Shown here: positions 40,432 through 51,032 of the stretch, one piece after another | Layout: each line of letters starts with the position of its first letter | Numbering within the stretch: position 1 is the first letter of the stretch | NCBI GenBank assembly: GCA_963826785.1 | Contig: CAWGYD010000006.1 | Location: forward strand, 640,001 to 704,000 | DNA from: an uncultured delta proteobacterium | GTDB lineage: Bacteria > Desulfobacterota > Desulfobacteria > Desulfobacterales > Desulfosalsimonadaceae | DNA: 64,000 nucleotides | Reading direction: 5' to 3' | Program-made: the position numbers and the translations under genes | The notes under the pieces: model-generated | Told to the model about the DNA's origin: nothing | Database searches by the model: none | Seen by the model: the letters and a program-made list of their open reading frames with translations, nothing else

Positions 40432-41994
40432 ATGAATTTCGAAGATAAAGTCAAGGAACTGGCCGAACGAAAAGAAAAAGCCCTTCAAATGGGGGGTGCG
40501 GAAAAGGTCGAGCGACAGCATGCCCGGGGGAGGCTGAGCGCCCGGGAGCGGATCGATCATCTGCTGGATCCGGGCACATTTCTGGAAACGGGCATGTTCA
40601 ACCATTCCGATGTTCCCGGCATGGAAGACAAGACCCCGGCCGACAGCAAAATCGGCGGCTATGGAAAGATCGGCGGCCGGGAAGTGGTCATCGTAGTCAA
40701 TGATTTTACCGTGCTGGCCGCCACTTCCAGCCGGATTGCCGGGCGCAAGGAAGGCGAGCTGAAAGTGCATGCCGCCCGCAAGGGGATTCCCGTGGTCTAC
40801 CTGGGGGAGGCCGGCGGCGCCCGCATGCCCGATATCATGGGATCAAAAGGCCTGGCTTCTTTTGGCGGAGGACACTTCGAAGCCTATTTGCATATCATGA
40901 GCCGGGTCCGGCAGACGCCCATGGTGACGGGCATCATGGGCGAATGCTACGGAATGCCTACCTGGATGGCCTGCCTGTCGGATTTCGTGGTCCAGGTAAA
41001 AGGAAGCGCCATGGGCGTATCCGGCCCCCGGGTGCTCAAACTGGCCCTGGGCGAATCGGCCACCGATGAGGAACTCGGCGGGTGGCGGGTGCACGCGGAA
41101 ATCACGGGAAACATCGACCGGGTGGCCGAAGATGAGACGCAGTGCTTCGACCTGATCCGGCAGTACCTCTCCTACATGCCCTCCCATAACGGCGAAGTTC
41201 CCCCGGTATATACCGTACCGGAAGGCTCGGGTGCGGGTATGGAAAACATCCTGGACCTGGTGCCCGAGCAGCGGAACAGAGGCTATGACATGCACAAGGT
41301 GCTTTCCTGCATCGTGGACACGGACAGCCTGTTTCCCATCAAGCCCGATTTCGGCCAGGCGGTGATCACGTCTTTGGCCCGGATGGGCGGAAAGAGCGTG
41401 GGGATCGTGGCAAACCAGCCCATGTTCAATGCCGGCGCCATGGACACCGACGGAATCGACAAGGTGACCAGTTTCCTGTGCCTGTGCGATTCGTTCAATA
41501 TTCCGCTGCTGTTTTTCCATGATATCCCCGGTTTCCTGGTGGGCATGGAGGCGGAGCGCAAGCGGGTGGGGGCCAAGGTCATGAACTACATGAACGCCCT
41601 GGGGCAGCTCACGGTCCCGAGGATTTCCGTGGTGGTGCGCAAGAGCTACGGCATGGCTTTCTGGAACATGTGCGGTTCCGGGTGCGGGGCGGATTTTATC
41701 GTGGCCTGGCCGTCGGCTGAAATCAGCTTCGTGGATCCGGCCATTGCCGCAAACGTGGTCTACGGCCGAAACCTCACGGATGAAATGCGAAAATCACCGG
41801 AATACCAGTCCCTGCTGCAGCAGATGGTGGAAGACGCCTCCCCTTATGGCGCCGCCGGCATGCATTATATTCATGACATCATCGACCCCCGGCAGACCCG
41901 GGAGTTCATTATTCGCGCCCTGGAGGCGGCCGTCAACCGCAGGACCGGCGGCATCGGCGAGCACCGGCTGGCCAACTGGCCCACCAAATTCTAA
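40432..41994 (+). CDS. Acyl-CoA carboxylase/decarboxylase carboxyltransferase (beta) subunit
   Basis: QHARGRLSARERIDHLLD, GGARMPD, VANQP, CDSFNIPL, RKSYG. Confidence 0.88.
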   Translation: MNFEDKVKELAERKEKALQMGGAEKVERQHARGRLSARERIDHLLDPGTFLETGMFNHSDVPGMEDKTPADSKIGGYGKIGGREVVIVVNDFTVLAATSSRIAGRKEGELKVHAARKGIPVVYLGEAGGARMPDIMGSKGLASFGGGHFEAYLHIMSRVRQTPMVTGIMGECYGMPTWMACLSDFVVQVKGSAMGVSGPRVLKLALGESATDEELGGWRVHAEITGNIDRVAEDETQCFDLIRQYLSYMPSHNGEVPPVYTVPEGSGAGMENILDLVPEQRNRGYDMHKVLSCIVDTDSLFPIKPDFGQAVITSLARMGGKSVGIVANQPMFNAGAMDTDGIDKVTSFLCLCDSFNIPLLFFHDIPGFLVGMEAERKRVGAKVMNYMNALGQLTVPRISVVVRKSYGMAFWNMCGSGCGADFIVAWPSAEISFVDPAIAANVVYGRNLTDEMRKSPEYQSLLQQMVEDASPYGAAGMHYIHDIIDPRQTREFIIRALEAAVNRRTGGIGEHRLANWPTKF

Positions 41995-42108
41995 TGCCGA
42001 TCCACTTGCTTTCATCATATTTCCAGAATTTTTAAATAGTTGACATAAGGAACGAAAATGATACACTGATGCTGGTTCTTTTATAATATACAAATGGTTT
42101 ACGGAATA

Positions 42109-42714
42109 ATGAGCATGGATAAAATCCGCTGCGCCTGGTGTACCAGCAATCCCCTGTATATCGCCTATCATGATCAGGAATGGGGGGTGCCGGTCTATGA
42201 CGACCGGAAGCTGTTCGAAATGCTGGTGCTGGAAGGCACCCAGGCCGGCCTCAGCTGGCTTACCGTCTTGAAAAAACGGGAAAACTACCGCCAGGCATTT
42301 GACCAATTCGATCCGGAAAAGGTTGCCCGCTACGATGAAGCCCATTTCCGGGAACTGCAGGAAAACGAAACCATCATCCGCAACCGCTTGAAAATCGCCT
42401 CGGCCATTCGAAACGCCCAGGGAATCGTCGAAATTCAAAAAGAATGCGGTTCATTCGCCCGTTTCATCTGGCAGTACGTGGATTACGCGCCCAGACAGAA
42501 TCAATGGGCATCCATTGAGGAAATCCCCGCCACCACCGCCGAATCCACGGCCATGAGCAAGGACCTGAAGATGCGCGGTTTCACCTTTGTCGGTCCCATC
42601 ATCTGTTACGCCTTCATGCAGGCCGTCGGCATGGTCAACGATCATACCACAGACTGCTTCCGCCATGACCAGATCAAAAAGACAGCCCAATCCTTTCCGG
42701 CAGAACGCCTTTAA
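42109..42714 (+). CDS. tag: DNA-3-methyladenine glycosylase I
   Basis: RCAW..YHDQEWG, EGTQAGLSW, IIRNRLKI, GFTFVGP, QAVGMVNDH..C. Confidence 0.93.
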   Translation: MSMDKIRCAWCTSNPLYIAYHDQEWGVPVYDDRKLFEMLVLEGTQAGLSWLTVLKKRENYRQAFDQFDPEKVARYDEAHFRELQENETIIRNRLKIASAIRNAQGIVEIQKECGSFARFIWQYVDYAPRQNQWASIEEIPATTAESTAMSKDLKMRGFTFVGPIICYAFMQAVGMVNDHTTDCFRHDQIKKTAQSFPAERL

Positions 42715-42923
42715 ATCTTAAGATTTTGATTTACTCGTTGACCCTTTGCGTCTTATCCCGCGCAATCAGGCGAAAAAAATACGGGCGGCAACCCGAGTCC
42801 GCCGTTAACGCCTGATTTCCCTTCGCTTGAACATGTGCGCAGAATGGGTATTCTGTTGATAAGACCGGAAGGCAACGCGGCCGGCATTAATTGAAAAAAC
42901 CGGAAGAAAAAGGAGACCCGAAA

Positions 42924-43433
42924 ATGAATGCGATCGTTAAAAAAAATCTGATCTTCATTCTGATCTTGGCCTTGTGCCTGGTATCCGCCTCCTCGACAAC
43001 CGTTTTTGCCCAGGATTACCGGGCGCTGCGAGGGCTCAATTCGGTAAACACCATTTTTGATTTCCGCATGGACAATCCCCAGGGTGCGGTTGACCATCTG
43101 CAGCTGGTTCTCATTACCTATCAAAACAAGTATATCACCGATGTGGCCAAAAATCCGGACTTTGTGGTGGTTTTCATGGGGCCTTCCGTGAAGCTGCTGA
43201 CCAGGGAGGGCAAAGGGGTTTCGGGTGAGAAAAATCAGCAGGCCGGAAAGATCGCCCACGTGCTGACCCAGCTGAAAAATGCGGGGGTGAGACTGGAAGT
43301 CTGCGAAGTGGCCATGAACGCATTCGGGGTCGACAAGCGCAAATTGCTGCCGGAGTTGACCCCTGTGGGAAACGGCTGGATTTCCTCCATCGGTTATCAG
43401 AACAAGGGATACGCCCTGGTGCCGATTTTTTAG
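42924..43433 (+). CDS. Exported DsrE-family protein
   Basis: Signal peptide ..VFA-QD; VVVFMGP, GVRLEVCEVAM, YQNKGYA. Confidence 0.75.
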   Translation: MNAIVKKNLIFILILALCLVSASSTTVFAQDYRALRGLNSVNTIFDFRMDNPQGAVDHLQLVLITYQNKYITDVAKNPDFVVVFMGPSVKLLTREGKGVSGEKNQQAGKIAHVLTQLKNAGVRLEVCEVAMNAFGVDKRKLLPELTPVGNGWISSIGYQNKGYALVPIF

Positions 43434-43449
43434 GATTTTTATAGCCGGG

Positions 43450-43620
43450 TCAGGCGTATGCGCCGGCCAGTGAAATGATTTTTGTACAGATCCCGCCAAA
43501 TGCGTTAAATACAAACCGGTCACCCTCCCGGCGGGCGGGCAGGTTTGCGTCAAGATCGGCGGGAAGCGCGGAATAGAGCCGGTCCAGGTTTTCTTTTGCA
43601 ATCTTTTGATAATTATCCAT
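43450..43620 (-). pseudogene. Short remnant resembling the N-terminus of a DUF3786 protein
   Basis: MDNYQKIAKENLDRLY..LP.DL...LP....GDRFVFNAFG ends after 56 aa; family recognised from memory only. Confidence 0.4.
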
Positions 43621-43747
43621 GATTTGTCGGCCCATCCTTTTCCTTTGATTTTGCCTTATCTTTTCCAATGTTTTTCCAATATGCTCCAATGTGCCATATT
43701 TATAATCCATTTTCAAAAATCAATTTGCAAAAAATAATGGGCAAAAA

Positions 43748-44494
43748 ATGATGCTAACGGACCAGGCGATAAGACCCTCACCTGTATGGATCAGCCATCG
43801 CGGGTTCAAGGAAGAGGCGATCGAAAACACGCTGGGTGCGTTCCAATCTGCGATTTCCCTGGGATTTGACGCGCTTGAAACCGACCTTCGCATCACCGGC
43901 GACGGCCATATCGTCTTGTCCCACGATCGCAGCCTCAAGCGTCTTTTCAATCTGGATGTACCCGTGGACCGTATTTCCAGAAGCGCGCTTTCGGAATTGA
44001 AACTTGCGGACGGGTCAAGCCCGCTGTTTTTAGATGATTTCGCAGAAGCGTTTGCGGATTTTTACTGGGTTTTTGACATCAAGCCGGAAACAGGGGAAAG
44101 GACCATCCGCGCACTGGACCGATGGGCGGATGCCGCTGGGATCAGGCAAAAACTTGTTTTAAAGACGAAATTTCTGGCATGGCGGAAAGGACATGAGGAA
44201 ATGCTTCAATCCCTGTTCACGGGGGCGACATTTTACGCGCGGCAGGAAGAATGCTGGCGTGCAGGGCTTGCGGTAATGGCGCGGCTGCCCGGCGCAGGGG
44301 GCATCCGGACCGGACGGACCTACGCCCTGCCGCCCGCTTTTTTCCGCATTCCGCTGTATCAAAAGCGGATCGTCCGATATTTCCATGCACGCGGGGCGAA
44401 GGTCGTGGCGTTTCTGCCGGAAACCCGGAAGCAGTTGCGGGCGGCCGCTGAAGCGGGTTTCAACGAGATCCTGACCAATTTAAATCGCTTGTAA
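43748..44494 (+). CDS. Glycerophosphodiester phosphodiesterase family
   Basis: ISHRG....ENTL.AF, LETDLRIT.DG..V.SHD, DIK. Confidence 0.85.
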   Translation: MMLTDQAIRPSPVWISHRGFKEEAIENTLGAFQSAISLGFDALETDLRITGDGHIVLSHDRSLKRLFNLDVPVDRISRSALSELKLADGSSPLFLDDFAEAFADFYWVFDIKPETGERTIRALDRWADAAGIRQKLVLKTKFLAWRKGHEEMLQSLFTGATFYARQEECWRAGLAVMARLPGAGGIRTGRTYALPPAFFRIPLYQKRIVRYFHARGAKVVAFLPETRKQLRAAAEAGFNEILTNLNRL

Positions 44495-44502
44495 TAGAAA
44501 AC

Positions 44503-44543
44503 AAACCTCTCCCCGGTGTCAAAGCCAGAGCAGGAGAGGTTTT
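44503..44543. terminator. Putative bidirectional terminator
   Basis: AAACCTCTCC...GGAGAGGTTTT between convergent genes. Confidence 0.55.
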
Positions 44544-44607
44544 AATGGCAATCTGATAAAGTGGGGGATCAACAAGGCTTGAAGCGGAAAAAGAGGTGGC
44601 AGCAGTG

Positions 44608-44790
44608 CTATTCGTTCTTGCGTTTATCCTCGATCTGTTCGGGCGGCTTTTCCCCTTCTTTGGTCGCCTTCTTGAAATTCTGGATCCCTTTTCCCAGCCC
44701 GGCCCCGATTTCGGGCAGCTTTCCCGCGCCGAAAATAATCAGGATAATGACCAGGATGATGATCAGTTCAGGTATGCCGATGCCAAACAT
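44608..44790 (-). CDS. tatA: Twin-arginine translocase TatA/E
   Basis: [52 protein letters not shown]. Confidence 0.93.
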   Translation of the reverse strand: MFGIGIPELIIILVIILIIFGAGKLPEIGAGLGKGIQNFKKATKEGEKPPEQIEDKRKNE

Positions 44791-45057
44791 ATGTCCTCCT
44801 CGTATCTGAATGCGGCCCGGCTTGAGTGGCCAGGATCGGTGTTGTGGCCGCATGTGTTTTGAATTCGAAATATTTTCATCATTTTGACGTCCCCAAAGAT
44901 AAGTAAATCCGCATCTCCTGTCAATCTTTTCCCCGGTCCCCCGCAAAAATTTAAAATATAAAAAACTTGTCATGTCATCAGATATCATTTAAAATAATAG
45001 ATTTAATAAGCAAATCGGCTGTCGGGAATATGGTCAGCCGGAAAGGATGACGCTGCC

Positions 45058-46125
45058 TTGACAACTTCGTTTCGCCCCAATGGACTGCCCGCCTGGATCG
45101 GAAGTCTGCCGGTAAGGGATCACGATCAGGCCGTCCGTCTCATGATGGAATATACACCCGACATTCCTATCTGGATTCAGCTGCCCGCCTTTAAAAAGGA
45201 AGGTATGATCCCGCAGTTTCTGCCCGGCATGCCGGGATTGAGCCAGGCAGACGATAAGGTGTTCATCAATTCTGTTTCAGATGAATTCGATGGGCAGCTG
45301 GTATCCTTTTTCGAAGATTATCTGGCCATCAGCGAGGATGAAAAAAGTCTTCAGGATTCCCGGTTTGCCTTGGACGCCGATGTGGCTCCCGGGTTTTTCG
45401 CGTTCACCGAAGCAATGGATGCACTGGAGAAACCCCCGGCAGCGGTCAAAGGGCAGGTCACGGGCCCGTTCACCTTCACCACGGGCGTTGTCGATGAAAA
45501 CGGCCGGGCCATTTTTTACCAGGATCAGCTGCGTGACGCCGCCGTCAAGCTCATCGCCTTGAAGGCTCGATGGCAGGTCCGGCAGCTCAAGCGCTACAAC
45601 GTGCCGGTGATCATGTTCCTGGACGAACCCGCCCTGGCCGGGTACGGGTCCTCCGCCTTCATCAGCATCTCCAGGGAGGAAGTGGATGCGTGCCTGAAAG
45701 AGGTGATCGATGCGGTTCACCAGGAAGGCGGCATTGCCGGGGTGCACGTGTGCGCCAATGCCGAGTGGTCCATTATTCTGGATTCACCCGCCGATATCGT
45801 CAGCTTCGATGCCTATTCCTTCTTCGACAAATTCATCCTCTATGCCGGCCAGATCCGGAAATTCATGGACAAGGGCGGCATCATGGCCTGGGGAATCGTT
45901 CCCACCGGCAGCCCCGAGGCGGTTGCCGAGGCGAGCCTGGATTCGCTGGCGGCCTTGTGGGAAACCGAGGTCCGGCAATTAGAAGCTTTAGGGATCAAAC
46001 GGGATGACATCATCGCGCAGTCGTTGATTACGCCCAGCTGCGGGACCGGTTCCCTTGCCCTTGATCAGGCGCTGAAGGTGATTACCTTGACCCGGGAACT
46101 GTCCGACCGGATCCGGAATACGTAA
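45058..46125 (+). CDS. Core (half-size) cobalamin-independent methionine synthase-like protein (MesB-type)
   Basis: IGSLP, KGQVTGPFT, FLDEP, GVHVCAN (HxC), AWGIVPT, ITPSCGTG; no N-terminal MetE barrel. Confidence 0.65.
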   Translation: MTTSFRPNGLPAWIGSLPVRDHDQAVRLMMEYTPDIPIWIQLPAFKKEGMIPQFLPGMPGLSQADDKVFINSVSDEFDGQLVSFFEDYLAISEDEKSLQDSRFALDADVAPGFFAFTEAMDALEKPPAAVKGQVTGPFTFTTGVVDENGRAIFYQDQLRDAAVKLIALKARWQVRQLKRYNVPVIMFLDEPALAGYGSSAFISISREEVDACLKEVIDAVHQEGGIAGVHVCANAEWSIILDSPADIVSFDAYSFFDKFILYAGQIRKFMDKGGIMAWGIVPTGSPEAVAEASLDSLAALWETEVRQLEALGIKRDDIIAQSLITPSCGTGSLALDQALKVITLTRELSDRIRNT

Positions 46126-46171
46126 ATATTCGCAATCGAATCTAATTTCATATGTAAATTGAGGAAGAAGC

Positions 46172-47025
46172 ATGCTGCAGCAGACAAAATCCAATGAATT
46201 TACCGGCGCGCGCAAATATGTGCTGGACGAGGAACTGGCCAAGATCGTCAATATTTCCATGGGGCTGGAGATGCCCCTGCTGCTGAAGGGCGAACCCGGG
46301 ACCGGCAAGACCATGCTTGCCCATGCCATTGCCGAAACCCTGAAGATGCCCCTGATCGTGTTAAACGTCAAATCGAACATGAAGCTGGTGGAGGCCCTGT
46401 ATCAGTACGATACGCTCACCCGCCTCAACGACAGCCGGTTCGGCGATTCCACCCGGGATGTCAGCCGGATAGAGGACTACATCAAGATGGGCAAGATCGG
46501 TCAGGCCTTCACCGCGGACACCCGGACCGTCTTGCTGATCGACGAAATCGACAAGGCGGACACCGATTTTCAGGACGACATGCTCGATGTTCTGGACCAG
46601 ATGGAATTCGACATCATCGAGATCGATAAGACCGTCCGGGCCAAACACCGGCCGGTGATCATCATCACATCAAATGCCAAGAAGGACCTGTCCGATCCGT
46701 TCCTGGGCCGGTGCAATTTCCATCACATCGCCTTTCCGGACCCCAAGATGATGCGCCTGATCATCGATGTCCATTTTCCCGATATCGAAAACGACCTCAT
46801 GGAGAGCGCCATCGCCGCCTTTTACCAGATGCGGGAGATCGACACGGTGGAGAAGAAGCCGGCCACCCGCGAACTGATCAACTGGATGCGGGCGCTGCAG
46901 CCGATCCGGAGTTCAAGGCCAAGCAGCTGGCCAAGGGCGATATCCCGTATCTCGGCGTCCTGTTCAAGAAAAGCCAGGATTATGTCACGGCCAGCAACAT
47001 CATCAGCCGAAGAAAGATCTTTTGA
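46172..47025 (+). CDS. MoxR-family AAA+ ATPase; 1-nt frameshift ~46900
   Basis: GEPGTGKT, LLIDEIDKAD, IITSN, KKPATRELINW; natural C-terminus IPYLGVLFKKSQD in adjacent frame. Confidence 0.88.
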
Positions 47026-47153
47026 CACTCCGATCCCCTCGAGGGGGGAAAAGCGGGGCACTCTCGAACCCTGTATGGGGAATTAGCGGAATTTGAACTC
47101 TGAGCGGGACACCTCTCCCAAAATCCCCCCTTGAGGGGGGCCAGGGGGGTGTC
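47024..47153. repeat. C/G-tract MITE/REP-like element, type B
   Basis: 47115-47153 is the near-exact reverse complement of 50034-50072; degenerate left unit GACACTCCGATCCCCTCGAGGGGGG. Confidence 0.78.
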
Positions 47154-47213
47154 TTGGTGGGTTGGCTTAACTATAAAATCGCAATATTGAACTAACAACA
47201 GCATAGTCAAATC

Positions 47214-48404
47214 ATGTTTGTCGAATTTTTTTTCAAATTAAAAGACGCGGGGATCCCCGTCAGCCCCACCTCCTTTCTCACCCTGCAGAAGGCGCTGAGC
47301 AGGGGGATGGTCAATTCCCTGGAGGATTTCTACACGGTCTCCCGGGCGGTGCTGATTAAGTCCGAGCGCAATTTCGACCTGTTCGACCAGGTATTCGCCC
47401 ATTTCTTTGAAGGGGCGGAAATGCCGGACGTGGAAGGGTTTGAACTCGACGGCATCGCTAAAGCCATGCTGGACCAGTGGCTAAAAGACCCCAAATCCAT
47501 TGCCGATGCCCTGGGAATCGACGAATCCGCCTTGAAAAGCATGTCGCCGGACGAACTGATCGACTATTTCAAGAAGCGGCTGGAAGAGCAGACCGAGCGC
47601 CACGACGGCGGCAACAAATGGATCGGCACCGGCGGGACCTCGCCGGTGGGCCATTCCGGGTATCACCCGGGCGGCATGCGCGTGGGCGGCGTTTCCAAGA
47701 ACAAGTCCGCGGTCAAGGTGGCCAATGAGCGGCGCTACAAGGACTATTCCCGTTCCGGCCCCCTGACCAACGCCCTGATGGGAGAGGCGCTCAAGCGGCT
47801 CCGCAACCTGGTGCCGGCCGGTCCCAAGGACCGGATCAACGTGGATGAAAGCATCTACCAGACCATGAAAAACGCCGGGGAGATCGAGATCGTCTTTGAC
47901 CGGGATTTAAAGGACCGGCTCAAGGTGATTCTGGCCATCGACAACGGCGGCTGGTCCATGGAGCCCTATGTCCAGGTGGTGCAGACCCTGTTTGATTATG
48001 CCCGTTCCCAGTTCAAGGATGTAAAAACCTGCTTTTTCCACAACACCATTTATGATACCGTGTGGGAAGATCCGGCCCGGTACCGCAAACCCCATCGGGT
48101 GGCGGATTTTTCCCGGAAGGACCCGGAAACCCGCCTGATCCTGGTGGGGGACGCCAGCATGGCCCCCTATGAACTCATGGCGCGGGACGGATCCATTTAT
48201 ATTCACGAGCGCAGCGGAAAGGCCAGCATTGATCAGCTGCAGTTTCTGGCGGAAACCTTCCCGCACAGTGTCTGGCTCAACCCGGTTCCTGCCCGGATGT
48301 GGCCCTACACGCGGACCATCATGGCCATCCGCCAGATCTTTCCCATGTTCGAACTCAGCATTGACGGCATCGAAGAGGCGGTCACACAGTTGATGGCCGC
48401 GTAA
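47214..48404 (+). CDS. VWA-domain (CoxE-like) partner of MoxR
   Basis: KWIGTGGTSP.GHSG, DNGGWSM, VGDASMAPYEL, VWLNP. Confidence 0.85.
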   Translation: MFVEFFFKLKDAGIPVSPTSFLTLQKALSRGMVNSLEDFYTVSRAVLIKSERNFDLFDQVFAHFFEGAEMPDVEGFELDGIAKAMLDQWLKDPKSIADALGIDESALKSMSPDELIDYFKKRLEEQTERHDGGNKWIGTGGTSPVGHSGYHPGGMRVGGVSKNKSAVKVANERRYKDYSRSGPLTNALMGEALKRLRNLVPAGPKDRINVDESIYQTMKNAGEIEIVFDRDLKDRLKVILAIDNGGWSMEPYVQVVQTLFDYARSQFKDVKTCFFHNTIYDTVWEDPARYRKPHRVADFSRKDPETRLILVGDASMAPYELMARDGSIYIHERSGKASIDQLQFLAETFPHSVWLNPVPARMWPYTRTIMAIRQIFPMFELSIDGIEEAVTQLMAA

Positions 48405-48428
48405 AACATAGAGAAACAAGAGGAGATT

Positions 48429-48896
48429 ATGAATTCAGCGAGGCGAGATTCAATCCGGTTGGGGTCCGTTTTTTTTATCATCCTGGTGACGGTTATCCTG
48501 CTGTCCGGCCCGGCCTGGGCCAAGCGGATGTGCGTGGACGCGGATATTGCCAATATCCGGTCCGGGCCCGGCACGGAATACGAGGTGCTGTGGCGGGCGG
48601 AAAAATACACCCCCATCGAGACCATCCAGGTCGATAAATCCGGGGACTGGTATTATTTCAAGGATTTTGAAGGGACCAAGGCCTGGATTCATAAGAATAT
48701 CATCGCCGGCACCGACACCGTGATCACCCGGAAGGGCCCCTCAAACGTCCGTTCCGGCCCCGGAACCAATTTCGATACGGTTTTCCAGGCGGAAAAGGGT
48801 GTCCCCTTCAAGGTCCTGGAGCGAAAAGGGGACTGGATTCACATCCAGCATGCGGATGGGGACACCGGCTGGATTCACAAGATCCTGGTTTGGTAA
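48429..48896 (+). CDS. Exported tandem SH3-domain protein
   Basis: Signal peptide; two N(I/V)RSGPGT...W....D..G...WIHK repeats. Confidence 0.88.
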   Translation: MNSARRDSIRLGSVFFIILVTVILLSGPAWAKRMCVDADIANIRSGPGTEYEVLWRAEKYTPIETIQVDKSGDWYYFKDFEGTKAWIHKNIIAGTDTVITRKGPSNVRSGPGTNFDTVFQAEKGVPFKVLERKGDWIHIQHADGDTGWIHKILVW

Positions 48897-48977
48897 AACA
48901 GGCGTGGTAAAACAGGATTGGTAAAGCAATTGACCATTTTCAATTGATGATTGTCAATGATCAACGAAAAGGAGAAT

Positions 48978-49970
48978 ATGGGTTTATTAGGAATACATGA
49001 CGACCGGAAAATGATCGTGGGCGTAGGATCGGCCCTGGTGGATATGCTGGCCCAGGAGGATGACGAATTCCTGGAACTCATTGGTGTGCCCAAGGGGGGC
49101 ATGAACCTGGTGGAGAACCATTTTATCGAAGACCTTCTGGATCGGGCGTCCCGTCCGCCGTCAGTGGTGCCGGGGGGCTCGGCCTGCAATACCGCCATCG
49201 GGGTCAGCAAACTCGGCGGCGCATCCCGTTTTATCGGGAAAATGGGGCCGGATGAACTGGGCGCTCTGTTTCATTCGGACTTGAAGAAGCACAATGTGGA
49301 GCCGCTCCTGTTCATGTCCGAGAACCCCACCGGCCGGGTGGTCTCCGTGATTACCCCGGATGCCCAGCGCTCCATGTTCACCCACCTGGGGGCCGCTTCG
49401 GAGATGCTGCCCGAGGAACTCACCCCGGAGTGCTTCAGGGATGCCGCCGTGGTCCATGTGGAAGGCTATCTCCTGTTCAACCGCGAGTTGATGATGGCCG
49501 CGCTCAAATCCGCCAAGACCGCCGGCGCCCTGGTCAGCCTGGACCTGGCCAGTTTCAACGTGGTGGAAGAATCGCGCGACATCCTGAATGACATCATCGA
49601 AGAATACATCGATATTCTCATCGCAAACGAAGATGAGGCCCGCGCCTTTACCGGTGACACGGATGAAGCCAAAGCCCTGGCGAAACTGTCGGAAAATACC
49701 GATATCGCCGTGTTGAAACTGGGCTCCCGGGGCAGCGTGGTATCCGTGGAAGGAAAGATCACGGCCATTCCCGGCATGGGATCGGGAAGCGCCCTGGACA
49801 CCACCGGTGCCGGGGACCTGTGGGCATCCGGGTTCCTGTTCGGCATGGTCAACGGCTATTCCGTGGAAGCAAGCGGCATGCTGGGATCCGCCTGCGGGTA
49901 CGAGGTCTGCCAGGTCATCGGCGCCAGCATTGCCAGTGACGGCTGGGACCGCATCCGGAAATTGCTGTAG
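48978..49970 (+). CDS. PfkB-family (adenosine kinase-like) kinase
   Basis: PGGSACNT, ANEDE, DTTGAGD. Confidence 0.9.
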   Translation: MGLLGIHDDRKMIVGVGSALVDMLAQEDDEFLELIGVPKGGMNLVENHFIEDLLDRASRPPSVVPGGSACNTAIGVSKLGGASRFIGKMGPDELGALFHSDLKKHNVEPLLFMSENPTGRVVSVITPDAQRSMFTHLGAASEMLPEELTPECFRDAAVVHVEGYLLFNRELMMAALKSAKTAGALVSLDLASFNVVEESRDILNDIIEEYIDILIANEDEARAFTGDTDEAKALAKLSENTDIAVLKLGSRGSVVSVEGKITAIPGMGSGSALDTTGAGDLWASGFLFGMVNGYSVEASGMLGSACGYEVCQVIGASIASDGWDRIRKLL

Positions 49971-50033
49971 AAATCGCGATACGTGCGGTTGCAGGATAAA
50001 TGAGTAATTGAATATGTTGAGTTCTGCTGTCCA

Positions 50034-50247
50034 GACACCCCCCTGGCCCCCCTCGAGGGGGGATTTTGGGAGGGGGCACCCCGCTTAATAAGGGGGATTT
50101 CGGGAGGGAGCGTTCGGCTTAACAGGGGGGATTTTAGAAGGGGGACGCCCCTCTTAATCTCCCTTAGAAGGGGACGCCCCCTTGGTGCCCCCTTGGAAAG
50201 GGGACACTCCGCTTAATTCCCCCCTTGAGGGGGGCCAGGGGAGTGTC
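50034..50247. repeat. MITE-like element with terminal inverted units and internal tandem ~34-nt C/G repeats, type B
   Basis: Left GACACCCCCCTGGCCCCCCTCGAGGGGGG, right CCCCCTTGAGGGGGGCCAGGGGAGTGTC; internal GGGGGATTT..G.AGGG...C.CTTAA repeated. Confidence 0.8.
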
Positions 50248-50323
50248 GCTATGACAATGCCTCTACGGGTGACCGGACAGCACGTTAAACCACCTTCTAT
50301 TTGACTTTTTTGGAGAAACACTC

Positions 50324-51007
50324 ATGGCAGACGAAAAATCACGTAAAGAGCTCCTGGAAGAACCCGATCCGTTTCTGGTATTTGTCAATAAAGCAATGGC
50401 GTTCGGCAAGAAATACCAGCAGCAGCTCATCGTTGCCGTGGGCGCGGTGGTCCTGGTGGCCATCGTGGTCAGCGGCATCATTTATTACCAGGGCAAGGAA
50501 GAGGACCGGTCCGCGGCCCTGCTCGGCCAGGCCATCGCGAAATACCAGACCATGCAGCAGAAGGGCCCCACCTTTATTGATTATGAATCATTGAAAAATG
50601 ATTTCAAAACCATCATGGACAAGCATGGAAGTACGGGCGCGGGGCATGCCGCCCTGCTCGAGTATGCAAACCTGGCCTATGTCACAAAAGATTATGATAC
50701 CGCCATCGCCACCTATGAAAAGGCGCTGGATATCTATGACGACCAGGCCGAATTCAAAAACCTGATTTACAATGGCCTGGCCTATGCCTATGAGGGGAAA
50801 AACGACCTGGAAAAAGCCCGGTCCAACTATGAGATGATCATATCCGATCCCCAGACCGGGCTCAAGGATCAGGCCCTGTTCAACCTTGCCCGTATTTATG
50901 AAAAGCAGGGCAAGGAAAAGGAGAAAACCCAGGCCTACCAGCAGATTGTGGCCGAATACCCGGATTCCATGTATTACGAACTGGCCAGGGAAAAAACCGC
51001 CGGGTGA
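50324..51007 (+). CDS. Membrane-anchored TPR protein (YfgM-like)
   Basis: RKELLEEPD.F, single TM, TPR helices. Confidence 0.75.
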   Translation: MADEKSRKELLEEPDPFLVFVNKAMAFGKKYQQQLIVAVGAVVLVAIVVSGIIYYQGKEEDRSAALLGQAIAKYQTMQQKGPTFIDYESLKNDFKTIMDKHGSTGAGHAALLEYANLAYVTKDYDTAIATYEKALDIYDDQAEFKNLIYNGLAYAYEGKNDLEKARSNYEMIISDPQTGLKDQALFNLARIYEKQGKEKEKTQAYQQIVAEYPDSMYYELAREKTAG

Positions 51008-51032
51008 TCCGGCCGCCACAGCGGGTAACCTC

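Noticed and set aside
48891..48928. 14-nt period repeat TGGTAAAACAGG x2.5
   Set aside because: Simple local duplication of the SH3 gene stop region; no sign of function
50034..50247. Possible CRISPR array
   Set aside because: Units are degenerate and tandem with no unique spacers, ends are inverted, and no cas genes are present
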